Source: Mobula birostris
Taxonomy: Eukaryota
NCBI RefSeq assembly: GCF_030028105.1
Contig: NC_092380.1
Coordinates: 69,995,717 to 70,059,716, forward strand
DNA: 64,000 nucleotides
Reading direction: 5' to 3'
The notes under the pieces are model-generated. The model was not told where the DNA came from and did not search any database. It saw nothing but the letters and a program-made list of their open reading frames with translations. The position numbers were made by a program, and so were the translations under genes. Positions 12,370 to 24,314 of this stretch are shown piece after piece (the first letter of the stretch is position 1; each line of letters starts with the position of its first letter).

Positions 12370-13620
12370 ACCTACACTACCAAGGTGAGGGATGGAATAC
12401 AGAAGTTGTCACGTTATGTTGCAACTTCACAAAACACTAGTTAAGCTGCAATTGGAGTATTTTGTGCAGTGAAGGCTGCCAGATTATAGGGTATGATTGC
12501 ATTGGAGCAGCGTGAAGAGGTTCATCAGGACATCACTTGGATTGGAGGACTTTAGCTGTGGGGACAGATTGGATAAGCTGCTTTGTTTTCTCCTAAGTGA
12601 AAGAGGCCGAGGAATGACCCAACAGAAGTATGTAGAATTATGAAAGATGTAGACTGGGTAGATGATCAATATCTTTTTCCTATAATGAGGATGTCAAAGG
12701 CAAGAGGACATCATTTTTATCTAAAAGGGTTGGAGTTTTAAAGGGGATTAAGTGATGTTTTTTAAACAAACTGTTTGCTATCTGGAAAATACTACCAGAG
12801 GAGATGGAGGAATTAGGTACAATAACTATATTTATTGTCCATATATTTATATATTAATCAGTGGATTAAGTAGGAAAGATATAGCAAGGGGTGGTCCTAG
12901 AACAAGCAAATGGGATCAGAGAACATAGATAGGCAAATAAGTTGGCATGTGTGTATGGGCCAAATAGCCTGTTTCTGTGCTGTATAACTCTATGATTCTC
13001 TAACAGAGCACATTAAACAGAACAGGAGTAGGTCACAAAGTCCTTCAAGCCTGTCCTTCCATTCAGTATGTTCATCCCTGATTAATGCTGGCCTCAATTC
13101 CTCATTACCCTCAGCTCATCAGTATTTCATAACTCTCACACTTGTGAACATTTGTCCACCCTCCTTAGAATTATATATGTTTGAATAAGGTCTCTATTCA
13201 TTCTCTGAACTCAATGGAACATTGTTTAGTTTCTCTGTGTAGGACAATTCTCCCATTCCAGGAATTAGCTTGGTAAATCTCCTTTTGATCAACCCTGTGT
13301 CATTATATCTCTTTTTCAGTAAGGGGGCCAAAATTGTGAACATTATTGTGGATCTGGTGTCACCAACACCCTGCGCAACTGTAAATGAAAAGTTATTTTT
13401 AAACTCCAAATTCTTCATAATAATGGTCAACATATCATTTGCCTTCTTAACTTGTCATTGAACTTGCTGATAACCTTTTGTGCTACATATATTAAAGCAC
13501 CTAGATCCTCCTGAACTTTATGCATTTGCAGTCTTTCTCTCTCTTCATTTAGGTAACAATCCACTTTGCTTTTTCTTACCCAAGTGCATGATCTCATCCT
13601 TCCCCACATTAAACTCAAAG
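12370..13620. mobile_element. Two CR1 3' fragments, tail-to-tail (+ about 12370-13000; - about 13010-13620)
   Basis: Plus side carries LEYFVQ...WIGG...RNDP remnants ending ctctatgattct. Minus side carries APLLKK...RRFTKLIPGMGELSY. Confidence 0.65.
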
Positions 13621-14419
13621 GTTAGCTACGTGCACAGTTCTGCCTGGCTGGAATCCTAATCAGTCCCAGAATTGTGATACCATAGTAGTTACAGTACCAC
13701 AATAATCATATGTCAATTTGGTCTTATTTTGTTACAAATCTTTCTTCCAAGTTCTCACTATCGCTACTAACAAGCGTCAATCCAAAAACTTGCCATTCCA
13801 AACAACTCTATTGCAAATTTAAATATCGCAATTTTAACTTCAGTTTTATCCAATTACTGTACTGCATTTACAGGGGATCTGTAGTTGAAATACTACTGGC
13901 TGACCCACCTGACTCCAGAAAAGAACTTTCTTTTAGGATGTTCTTACTTTTTGTGACAGAAATGTCACTTCAATGCCAGGTACAGTCGAAGAATGCCAGT
14001 ACAAGTTTTCCCAAACTAACCTTCCGTTTATTTAACTTCCCACCTATCCCATAAATATACTGTGCTCGTGCTGTCCATGGAAGTTGCTGTTCTATCAACA
14101 TTTTTAAATGATGAATACCAATAGTCCCATGGTTATATTTAGCACTTGAATTGCTGAAATGGAAATGCCACACATTTCGGTAAGAAGTATTACTTAGCAG
14201 ATTGATTAAAGCTGTAACCTGTGGTATCCCACAAATGACAGACTTGATCACCCAATCTCTTCTGACTGCCCAGCAATGGACAAAGTTAAATATAATCCTG
14301 CGACTATCAACTCTCAACATTAAATAAGTGTAGATTTAACTGCACAAGCACAGTTAAACTTAAAGCTAAATGTAATTGCTGGAGAGTCAGGGAGGTACCT
14401 GTGAAGTCAAAAGGGATGT

Positions 14420-15262
14420 GTCAAAGTTTTGGGTTGAGATTCTGCATCAGGACTGAGGAAAGAAAAGGATGAGAAAAGATGGCCAGTATACAGGGGAAGT
14501 CAAGGGTTTGCAGACAGTAAGTTGAACTAATTGATGGGGGCTGGTGGAAATGATGAGAGGATGTATCCAGATGGTAACGGTGGAGGTGAAGGGGCAAAAG
14601 ATCAATACAGTTGAGAAAAGCTGGGAGGACCAATGCAAGTGGGAAAGGTTCTGAATTAACCAAAATTAAAATATTCAATATTCAGTCACCAGGTTGCAAG
14701 CCACCCAAAGTAACACAAACACGAGGAAATCTGCAGATGCTGTAAATTCAAGCAACACACACAAAAAATGCTGGTGAATGCAGCAGGCCAGGCAGCACCT
14801 ATAGGAAGAGGTACAGTCGACGTTTCAGGCCGAGACCCTTCGTCAGGACTAACTGAAAGAAGAGACAGTAAGAGATTTGAAAGTGGGAGGGGCAGGGGGA
14901 GATCTGAAATAATAGGAGAAGACAGGAGGGGTAGGGATGGAGCCAAGAGCTGGACAGTTGATTGGCAAAAGGGATACCAGGCTCGAGAAGGGAGAGGATC
15001 ATGGGATGGGAGGCCTAGGGAGAAAGATGGGGGAGGGGAGCCCAGAGGATGGGCAAGGGGTTATAGTGAGGGGGACAGAGGGAGAAAAAAAGAGAGAGAA
15101 AAAAAATTAAATATATAAATAAATAAAAGATGGAGTACGAAGGGGAGGTGGGGCATTAACGGAACTTAGAGAAGTCAATGTTCATGCCATCAGGTTGGAG
15201 GCTACCCAGACAGAATATAAGGTGTTGTTCCTCCAACTTGAGTGTGGCTTCATCTTGTCACC
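14420..15262 (-). mobile_element. Penelope-like 3' end fragments, including one pLTR with an intact minimal hammerhead
   Basis: Reverse strand encodes RLEEQHLIFCLGSLQPDGMNIDFSKFR*, followed by a pyrimidine-rich UTR and the hammerhead at 14815-14850. Confidence 0.8.
14815..14850 (-). ncRNA. Minimal type I hammerhead ribozyme motif (Penelope-associated)
   Basis: Reverse complement reads AGUC-CUGACGA-A-GGGUCUCGGCCU-GAAA-CGUC/GACU. Stem I is AGUC/GACU, both core boxes are intact, the cleavage triplet is GUC and stem III is the palindromic ACGU. Confidence 0.75.
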
Positions 15263-16139
15263 CTAGTTGTCTCGATTGTGTAAAGATCCTAAAAAAAAGG
15301 ACATGCAAATAAAGTTGAAACTCCAACACAGGAAGCCGTTTGAACCAGGAATATGAAATAATTTGAAATTGCCTGAATCACTAGAGCTAAAAGACCACAC
15401 ACCTGCCACTGCAGTTACTTCAATGCCAAGTCTGTTGGTGGGCTTTATAACAGGGAGATATCTCAGGTAGGAACTGACTTTAAATCTTGAATTGTTCACA
15501 TGCTGCCATAAAATTTACCTCATACTAAAGGCACGAACAGAAGGCTCACCTTTATTATTGCAGCAAAGTGTGGGTTCTTGACTATGTTGAAACATGTTTC
15601 AGACACCCATTTGTCCCAGATAGCTTTCAGAGGCACTGTACTTTACTCCTTTCATAATCCAGTAAAGAACAAAGCACAGAAAATCTATCAGGAGCAAATA
15701 ATGAGGTAAAGACGGGAATATAGACGCACAGGGCTAGCGGCAACCTGATCTCCACGCGCTTCCCTTGATTGATTACCGACTGGAAAATCCAGTCCGACTT
15801 AATGTTGGGCGAGTACATGACTAATGGCCCAACTACGCTTGCTGTGCTGCACTGTGCTTCGAACAGCGAGGCTCAAAATATCCAAGGGTCAAGCGCTAAG
15901 CCTGAAAATGTTTGTACAGGTGTACAAACCCGTGAAAGATGCAATACGTGGAAGCCTCTGTATCACCGTGGGTTAACCTGGCCGCATGGCTACAAGTGCT
16001 GATGCAGCGCCTACTTAAAACAATTCAGACAACCTTAATGCTAGTGATATTTTAAAGAGTCATATTCAAAGGTAACGATACCCAAGAGAGATAATAGAGA
16101 AAGCGTCTCCTTCCCGAGCAGCTGCTAGCCAAAATCTAA

Positions 16140-17640
16140 TAACATGCGCGAAGGCGATCACTGGTGCCAGTGAGAGAGGGAGGACCTGCTGCCAATACCG
16201 AGAGCACGGCTGGGGAAGCCGCGGGTCAGGGAACTGCCGGACACTGGAGTCCGTCAGCCTCCCCTATCTAGTTACGGTCATGATTGGCGGCGGCAGCTGA
16301 AGCTGCTGCTGGTGGACGACATCGTGCCCTCCCCTCCCTTCACATCCCCTCCCCTCGCGTCCTTCCTTAGCTGATGAGCAGAGCCGGGCAGAGTGGGACT
16401 GCTCTTCTCCGCCTCTCTCGCCGTGACTTCGGCTGAGTTCAGACGGGCAGTCGGCAATGGGCCGGGGATGTTGGCCAGAAAGGACCTCGTCCCCGAGGAG
16501 TATGTACTGCGGCTGGTGGAGGACGTGTCGCGGCCGCGCTACCGGGAGAAGCAGCGCAAGGTACGCTTCGTCAATAAGAACGGCGCCTGCAATGTCGCGC
16601 ACACCAACATCCGAGAGCAGGGCCGCTTCCTGCAGGATGTCTTCACCACACTGGTGGACCTCAAGTGGCGACATACACTGCTCATCTTCACTATGAGCTT
16701 CCTGTGCAGCTGGCTGCTCTTCGCCATGATCTGGTGGCTGATCGCCTTCGCGCACGGCGACCTCAACGGCGCCGCGCCGCCCGCCGTGCCTTGTATCACC
16801 AGCCTGCACTCCTTCACTTCAGCCTTCCTCTTCTCCATCGAGGTGCAGGTCACCATCGGCTTCGGCGGCCGCATGATCACCGAGGAGTGCCCGGCTGCCA
16901 TCACCGTTCTGATCGCGCAGAACATCGTGGGGCTGGTCATTAACGCTATCATGCTGGGCTGCATTTTCATGAAGACGTCGCAGGCGCACCGGCGCGCCGA
17001 GACGCTCATCTTCAGCAAGTTCGCCGTCATCTCGCCGCGGAACGGCCGCCTCTGCCTCATGTTCCGCGTGGGCGACCTGCGCAAGAGCATGATTATCGGA
17101 GCCAGCATCCGCATCCAGGTGGTGCGGCGCACGACCACGACCGAGGGTGAGGTGCAACCACTGCGTCAGATCGACGTGCTGCTCGACAACCCGGTGGGCG
17201 GCGGTGCCATCTTCCTCGTCTCGCCGCTCATCATCGCGCACGTTATTGACCGCGACAGCCCCCTCTACCACCTGACGGCCGCCGACCTGCAGCGCCAGGA
17301 CTTCGAAGTGGTCGTCATACTGGAGGGGGTGGTCGAGACGACTGGCATCACCACCCAAGCCCGCACCTCCTACCTGGCCGACGAGATCCTGTGGGGGCAC
17401 CGCTTCGTGCCGGTGGTGAGCGAGGACGATGGCCGCTACTCGGTCGACTACTCGAAATTCGGCAACACTGTGAAGGTGCCCACGCCGCCCCTCGGCGCCC
17501 AGCAGCTGGAGCAGGAGCAGGCCGTCGGGGGCGAAGGACTGGTCGCCGCCTTCGACATTTCGCCCGGAGTGAGGAGGAGGTCCTCAACCTCCCAACCCAA
17601 TGATTCGTGACCCCAGCACCACCTCTCCCCCAGGCCGACG
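16140..17640. promoter_or_regulatory. CpG island covering the KCNJ11 5' region and the whole CDS
   Basis: Abrupt change to GC-rich, CpG-dense sequence within an AT-rich, CpG-poor background. Boundaries are approximate. Confidence 0.8.
16468..17610 (+). CDS. KCNJ11: ATP-sensitive inward rectifier K+ channel Kir6.2, 380 aa, intronless CDS
   Basis: MLARK...PEEYVL start, TIGFG filter, short extracellular loop ([13 protein letters not shown]), [29 protein letters not shown] and an RXR motif (RRR, 17572-17580). The intronless CDS and these residues match Kir6.2 rather than Kir6.1. Confidence 0.95.
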   Translation: MLARKDLVPEEYVLRLVEDVSRPRYREKQRKVRFVNKNGACNVAHTNIREQGRFLQDVFTTLVDLKWRHTLLIFTMSFLCSWLLFAMIWWLIAFAHGDLNGAAPPAVPCITSLHSFTSAFLFSIEVQVTIGFGGRMITEECPAAITVLIAQNIVGLVINAIMLGCIFMKTSQAHRRAETLIFSKFAVISPRNGRLCLMFRVGDLRKSMIIGASIRIQVVRRTTTTEGEVQPLRQIDVLLDNPVGGGAIFLVSPLIIAHVIDRDSPLYHLTAADLQRQDFEVVVILEGVVETTGITTQARTSYLADEILWGHRFVPVVSEDDGRYSVDYSKFGNTVKVPTPPLGAQQLEQEQAVGGEGLVAAFDISPGVRRRSSTSQPNDS

Positions 17641-18254
17641 GGTGGCAGGGACGAGATCCCAACACCAACCAGGCAACTCTTCCAAGCTTTCCCAAATCGT
17701 GTTTCCCCAGGGGGTTTTGTTTGGCCATTTTGCATCTACTGTATTTAAACGTGTTACAATTTTGTAAATAGAATTTTGCTAAAGAAAACTGATAAGAGAC
17801 ATTAAACTAGACTATTGGTAGCGCTGGCGTGGTTAGGTTTAAGTACTAAAGTTAACAGTTCTCTATACTGATTGTAGTAGCTGTTGATCAATCTAGTGGC
17901 CAGCCATTCTATTTTCTTCTTATTGTAACTTTAATGGAGGATGGCAGACCAACAAAAGGTGCATTGCTACCATCTACTGAGTTAGAGCGTGGAGCAAAGA
18001 AACAAGAAGTTTACCCACTAAATACAGCCCCCTCCCCACCAAAACTCAAATAATATAGTAATCTAATGCTTTTCAGAAAGTCAAATTTTGAACAAGGAAT
18101 TATTCAACCTAATGTGTGAACTATGTAAACATGCAAGTATAACTACTGTCCTTTTATACTCATCTCCCAGTTGATTTTGCACCATACACTGAATTTTACA
18201 GAAATGCCCTCCTTTGTTTGCCTTATCTGAACTTTGTTGCCACAGTCAGGAGAA

Positions 18255-18467
18255 CGTGCAGATGCTGGAAATCTGAGCAGCACACACAAAAGTGCTGCAG
18301 GAACTCAGTAGGCCAGGCAGCATCTATGGAAAAGAGTACAGTCAACATTTCGGGCCAAGACCCTTCTTCAGGACTCAGGTGTCCTGATGAAGGGTCTTGG
18401 CCTGAAAAATTGATTGTACTCTTTTCCATAGATGCTGTCTGGCCTACTGAGTTCCTGCAGCACTTTT
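18255..18467. mobile_element. Fold-back element of two head-to-head Penelope pLTR ends, each with a hammerhead core
   Basis: Arms about 18288-18374 and 18381-18467 are near-perfect reverse complements with a 6-nt spacer. Cores at 18340-18375 (-) and 18381-18414 (+). Confidence 0.8.
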
Positions 18468-21400
18468 TAAGTTATGGTTTTCACCTCTCTTTTATGCAAA
18501 GGCACCACTACATTTATGTCCTTAATTTTAAGTGATTGCTTGGCTAGAATGTCTGTCACCTCATCTCCTTCAACTTCAACTTGGGTAGGGCCCCATAAGA
18601 ACTGATTACACAAACATAGACCCTGCTGCCGTAACAGATGTTGTCCAATCTCAATAGGAATGTCCAGCCTATAATCTGAAATATCTGTTTTAATAAATGT
18701 CAAAACTGAGAACAAGTCAGAGCACAGGAGTACAGAAGCAGGGTGTACTCCTTCTACTCATTTCCAAGCTAAAATAATAACAATCATCTCAGATGTGAAT
18801 AGTGATACATATACTATGATAGTCTTCTTAATAGTCAGCGGAGTCTTTGGAACATAACAGAAATGTCTGAGCGACCTGTTACTGGATCATTTGAGCCATC
18901 TATATAGATATGTAAGAAGCCATAATATCTGCCTTGCATATTGCTGAATTACATGTGCCATTGGTAAGCAATCATTCTTCATCTTGATCTTTTAAAGACG
19001 TAAATTAACCACACACAAAGGGAAAAACCATGGAATGAGGTAAACTGTGTCCATAATCCACATTAAACAACCCAAGATTTGGTGCCCATTCATTTCCCAT
19101 CCACCCAAAACTGAAGATATTATGAATGCAGTGCTCCCAACACTTTATTAATGCTGCCAATGTTGGATGACCAACTTTATGTCCCATTATGTTAACCCAG
19201 TTAACCACTGGTAACTGTAATCTGCATAGATATAAAGGTAATGCAAATTGGGGATAATGCAAAAATTGGGGATGATTGAGCTTGAACTAGCCGTTCTATT
19301 TCAAAGCTCCTGTGGAGCTTAAAGGGAACTTTCACACTAAATGCCCTTTAAGGTTTGACCTCGCATTTGAATTTTGATTGACAAACCACTGGCCCTCTCA
19401 ACAATAAAGGAAGACTCTGCACATTTCACTGCACCAGCTAGCTGGCTTTTAACACTACCACAAGACAATCACAGGAATTTTCTGACACTCAGCTTTCAAA
19501 ATGTAAATACTCTCAATTCACCACTTGCAACCGGAAATATGCTCACTCCTACACAGAATTAACCAGCTTTCAATTCTATAAGTATGTTTGCAACTAATGT
19601 ATTACAAGTGCATAAAGTACATTTCAGACTATTGGCTTGAGCAAGAATATGTAATAATTGATTCAGCAATAATTGATAGACCCCCCCTCCATTGAAATGT
19701 TAGGATTCTTCATCAAGCATTAGTAATTTAACAAACTTAGCCATGTCCTTCGCTTTGGTAATGCTACAGGATTAAGGATGATTTGCTTCATGTCAAGTTC
19801 CCTGGGTTCTGTGGTAGCTAATGAAGCTTATTTTGGCATTCCTCGGTACTAGATAAAGCAAGAAGCTGAATAGTTGAATACATGGTACATCCCTTCTGTC
19901 TTTTACATTGTGTACCTATCAGCTGGGCGCAAAGTTCAAAAAATACTGCTCTCCATTTCAAGACAATAGTTCCCAGGCAGAAGTGTCACTAACATCTTTG
20001 AATCACTTCCTCTGTCCACCTAGCAATTTATTGCTTTTGCAAGGTTGGAGTGGTGTGTCTGATTCTAATATTGAGCATATGAATGATGTGGCTTGTCCAT
20101 TCGAGCTGACTGAGTGCAGTTCAGTCCTCAATGCTGAGAGAAAATATTGGCATTAATCTGTTTTTTTTTTACTGGTGGACTAGATATTGTTGTTTGTGTC
20201 CTCCTGCTGTAGGTGATTACATCTTGGAATCATCCTGGAGGGTGGGATCATTGCTGCCTAGTAAACCATGAACCACATCACTTCAGACAACCAAATGCTG
20301 AAGGTGTCATGCACAGGTTTTAGTAAAATTCATGCTGAATGTAATCCTTTGGACAGAGCTGAAAGCTGAAACAGTCCATATAAGAAGTGGTCCATATTTT
20401 TCATGGTTTTGATGTAAATTATTATGGTCAGGAACAGGAGGCAATTTAGTAGAGTGAGGCATATTGGTATTGGACTTGTGTAGATGTTTGATGTAAGACA
20501 CATTCTCAGGTGTGCTTCAGTGAACAATCAGCCATGATCCGGAGCTAGGCCTCTGAACATAGGCACATTTGCCTAGTTCGGTGTTGAATGTCGGGGTAGT
20601 GGTGTCGGAGTGCAGGTGAATAGGTTTAACATTTTCCCATTTATTCTTAGATTAACTTTGCTCCAGTAGTTAAAATGTAGCCTTATTGAGAGAAAGATCG
20701 AGGAAAGGGTTCAACAAACAATATAGCCTTGTGTTAATAATATCAGTAGATCAATAAACCAATCCAATATTGCAATTGCACACTGTTACACTGCATGCAT
20801 TTGCTTTTTAATCCTATGAAATGGCACTGTCTAAATCACATGTATTCACCAATTGTGGAAAACATAAGTAAAATTTTATAACTGAAGAAAGGCTAATAAA
20901 ACACCTGATGGCATTTTTGAAGAGCACATGCAGAGGACGACACGACATTTTTAACATACAAATGTAGCTTTAAGTACCTAAGAATATCTATGACACTATA
21001 GGGAAAATTTGTATATTGAGGACTTACTGTACATTTATTTCATTATTGTTGAACTGATGTTTCCTACCATGCCCTATTTACAAGTATTTATAAACAATTC
21101 CAGAAAATTGAAGAGTGAAGCAATAATTTGTAGATATTGAAACTATACTTGAATGATTGAAATTAAATCATGTTAATTCTGTAATAATTTTGATACTCAG
21201 AATTGCCAATAATAAAGTGGCCACCCAGGAAAGTGCACTGGAATGTGATGACTAAAAATACATTTCAAGATTTATATAAACATTAAATACTTCAATCTTT
21301 TATATTTCACGAACTTTTCAGGGACAAAGGGTGGATTCTGAGAGGATCAGTTTCAAATCAATGTTCTTGAGGATTTAGTTTGAAATGGGAAGAATGGTTT

Positions 21401-22507
21401 AAACAGAGGTTCATTTAGAAAGACCCATTTTCTCTGTAATAAGGGTAATTGTGTTTTAATTCCTACTGTTTCTTATTAAAGTAATGAGAATCTGCAAACA
21501 AAAAACAGAATCGCTATGTATTTTTAATAATATCCTATCCAGATTCCCATGAAAAATTTCCTCTTTAACTTACATTCAATAGCTTTATTCAGGACCTACA
21601 AACACTAGACATTGCAACCATATAAGGAAAATTTGGAGTATTATTGATTCCTGAATCAGGTAGTCCATGATAATTAAAAGCATAAAATTGGAGCACTGGG
21701 GTGAAATTACCAGAGTTCTCAAAATGGTGCTTGTTTTAAAGATTAAAATAAAACAATGTTTTCTTGATTCACAAAGACTGTAAATATTGAGAACCAGTTG
21801 GTCTGATCTGCACCTGCAGCATAAGTGCTCCCATATAAAAAAAAATCCACAAAAGGATTGCAAGCTATTTATTGTACACACTTCTTAATGCATTATACAA
21901 AGAGATTTTCAGGTTTAAAAGTTTGTACATTTGTTGTTTTTCCCAATCTTCTGAATCAATAGCTAAGTAGTAAGTTAAATATTGCCAGCATATTTACCTT
22001 TAATGAACCATGAATTATAGTTTCTGTAAGGAAACAGAGTCAGAATTGAAAATTCTACAAAGAAAATGAGTATCATAGAAGAATGTGTTGACATTGCATG
22101 AGCTAATGGTGCTAAATTAAGATCCATGAAAATGTACTGTGTACAAATAACGCACTTTAATTGCATTGTTGTTAACAATAATAGTTTGTAGAAATTAAAT
22201 TTTATGTTCCACATCTTTTGCATGGAATACTGTTGAAAGGTCATCCAAAAGATCTTTAATAGCTGAAACAAACAATTTATAACATTCCAGATAATGATGG
22301 TAATAAAAATGTTTTAGAGATTTTAATCTGTATTTCAAACATGAAAGGGATTGAAGAATAAAAAACCCTCTATATTGAAAACAGAATAGGCGACAGAACT
22401 TTCTGGAATATCCCATAGATGTAATCTTGTCTTTCTTGCAGCTAATCACGTCAACAGTATTGTTTAATTTAGCAGCACAATTATTAATCCGCATTTCAAA
22501 TTTACGG

Positions 22508-23764
22508 AACACACATCAAAGTTGCTGGTGAACGCAGCAGGCCAGGCAGCATCTTTAGGAAGAGGTGCAGTCCACGTTTCGGGCCGAGACCCTTCGTCAG
22601 GACTAACTGAAGGAAGAGTGAGTAAGGGATTTGAAAGTAGGAGGGGGAGGGGGAGATCCAAAATGATAGGAGAAGACAGGAGGGGTAGGGATAGAGCCAA
22701 GAGCTGGACAGGTGATAGGCAAAAGGGGGACGAGAGGATCATGGGACAGGAGGTCCGAGAAGAAAGACAAGGGGGGGGGGACCCAGAGGATGGGCAAGGG
22801 GTATATTCAGAGGGACAGAGGGAGAAAAAGGAGAGTGAGAGAAAGAATGTGTGCATAAAAATAAGTAACAGATGGGGTACGAGGGGGAGTGGGGCCTAGC
22901 GGAAGTTAGAGAAGTCGATGTTCATGCCATCAGGTTGGAGGCCACCCAGACGGAATATAAGGTATTGTTCCTCCAACCTGAGTGTGGCTTCATCTTTACA
23001 GTAGAGGAGGCCGTGGATAGACATGTCAGAATGGGAATGGGATGTGGAATTAAAATGTGTGGCCACTGGGAGATCCTGCTTTCTCTGGCGGACAGAGCGT
23101 AGATGTTCAGCAAAGCGGTCTCCCAGTCTGCGTCGGTCTCGCCAATATATAAAAGGCCACATCGGGAGCACCGGACGCAGTATATCACCCCAGTCGACTC
23201 ACAGGTGAAGTGTTGCCTCACCTGGAAGGACTGTTTGGGGCCCTGAATGGTGGTAAGGGAGGAAGTGTAAGGGCATGTGTAGCACTTGTTCCGCTTACAC
23301 GGATAAGTGCCAGGAGGGAGATCAGTGGGAAGGGATGGGGGGGACGAATGGACAAGGGAGTTGTGTAGGGAGCGATCCCTGCGGAATGCAGAGAGGGGGG
23401 GGAGGGAAAGATGTGCTTAGTGGTGGGATCCCGTTGGAGGTGGCGGAAGTTACGGAGAATAATACGTAGGACCCGGAGGATGGTGGGGTGGTAGGTGAGG
23501 ACCAGGGGAACCCTATGCCTAGTGGGGTGGCGGGAGGATGGAGTGAGAGCAGATGTACGTGAAATGGGGGAGATGCGTTTAAGAGCAGAGTTGATAGTGG
23601 AGGAAGGGAAGCCCCTTTCTTTAAAAAAGGAAGACATCTCCCTCGTCCTAGAATGAAAAGCCTCATCCTGAGAGCAGATGCGGCGGAGACGGAGGAATTA
23701 CGAGAAGGGGATGGCGTTTTTGCAAGAGACAGGGTGAGAAGAGGAATAGTCCAGATAGCTGTTT
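22508..23764 (-). mobile_element. 5'-truncated Penelope-like element with 14-bp TSD
   Basis: GIY-YIG motif VIYCVRCSRCGLLYIGET...RFAEH...VATHF. TSD tttcaaatttacgg at 22494-22507 and 23768-23781. Confidence 0.88.
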
Positions 23765-24314
23765 GCGTTTCAAATTTACGGGCAAGGTTTAATATTTTTT
23801 AAATATTTAATTTCTAACAAAAGATATCCAGCTGCCAAATTATTAAACAGTCAATATAATGTTTCAAATTAAGTTACCTGTGAAATTCTTGTTTTACCCT
23901 TACGTTAGTTAGTTCTGAAGATGTTACATATTCTTTACTGTAACAATTCACTCTCATTGTTTTCTTCATTCAATGCAAGATTAGCAAATTATGATTTATG
24001 GTCCACAGCACACAGAATTTTCCTTAATCAGATTATGTTATTGTCTGTTGAGTGCCAACCCTCACAAAAATGTCACAATGCTTGAATTGCTTTGCAAACC
24101 AATGTGCTGAGAACTCAAAATCTGACCTCTACAGTCTAAGTACTGTCATTACAGAATAAATACCCACTAGTTTTGCAGCGTGGAACTTAAATACATTTTG
24201 ATATTCAGCAAAGGAAGCTAAATTCTACCTGTGTCATAGATTCTGGTTAATTGGACTATCCATTCATCACGGCAACAGCTTATTTTGGGAAACTCTTAAA
24301 AAAACAAACCAGTT

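Noticed and set aside
16393-16467. 25-aa N-terminal extension of Kir6.2 shown in the ORF track
   Set aside because: Starts at GTG, not ATG; homology begins at MLARK (16468).
16264-17735. Long antisense and alternative-frame ORFs over KCNJ11 (for example 16539-17138 and 16819-17400)
   Set aside because: Expected by-product of very high GC3 in a CpG-island CDS; no recognisable protein features.
21585-22512. Minus-strand ORFs and a possible terminal exon (ttgtttgtttcag|...IKDLLDDLSTVFHAKDVEHKI*)
   Set aside because: AT-rich, no homology recognised, and the upstream gene already stops at 33037; the longest ORF start lies in a transposon junction.
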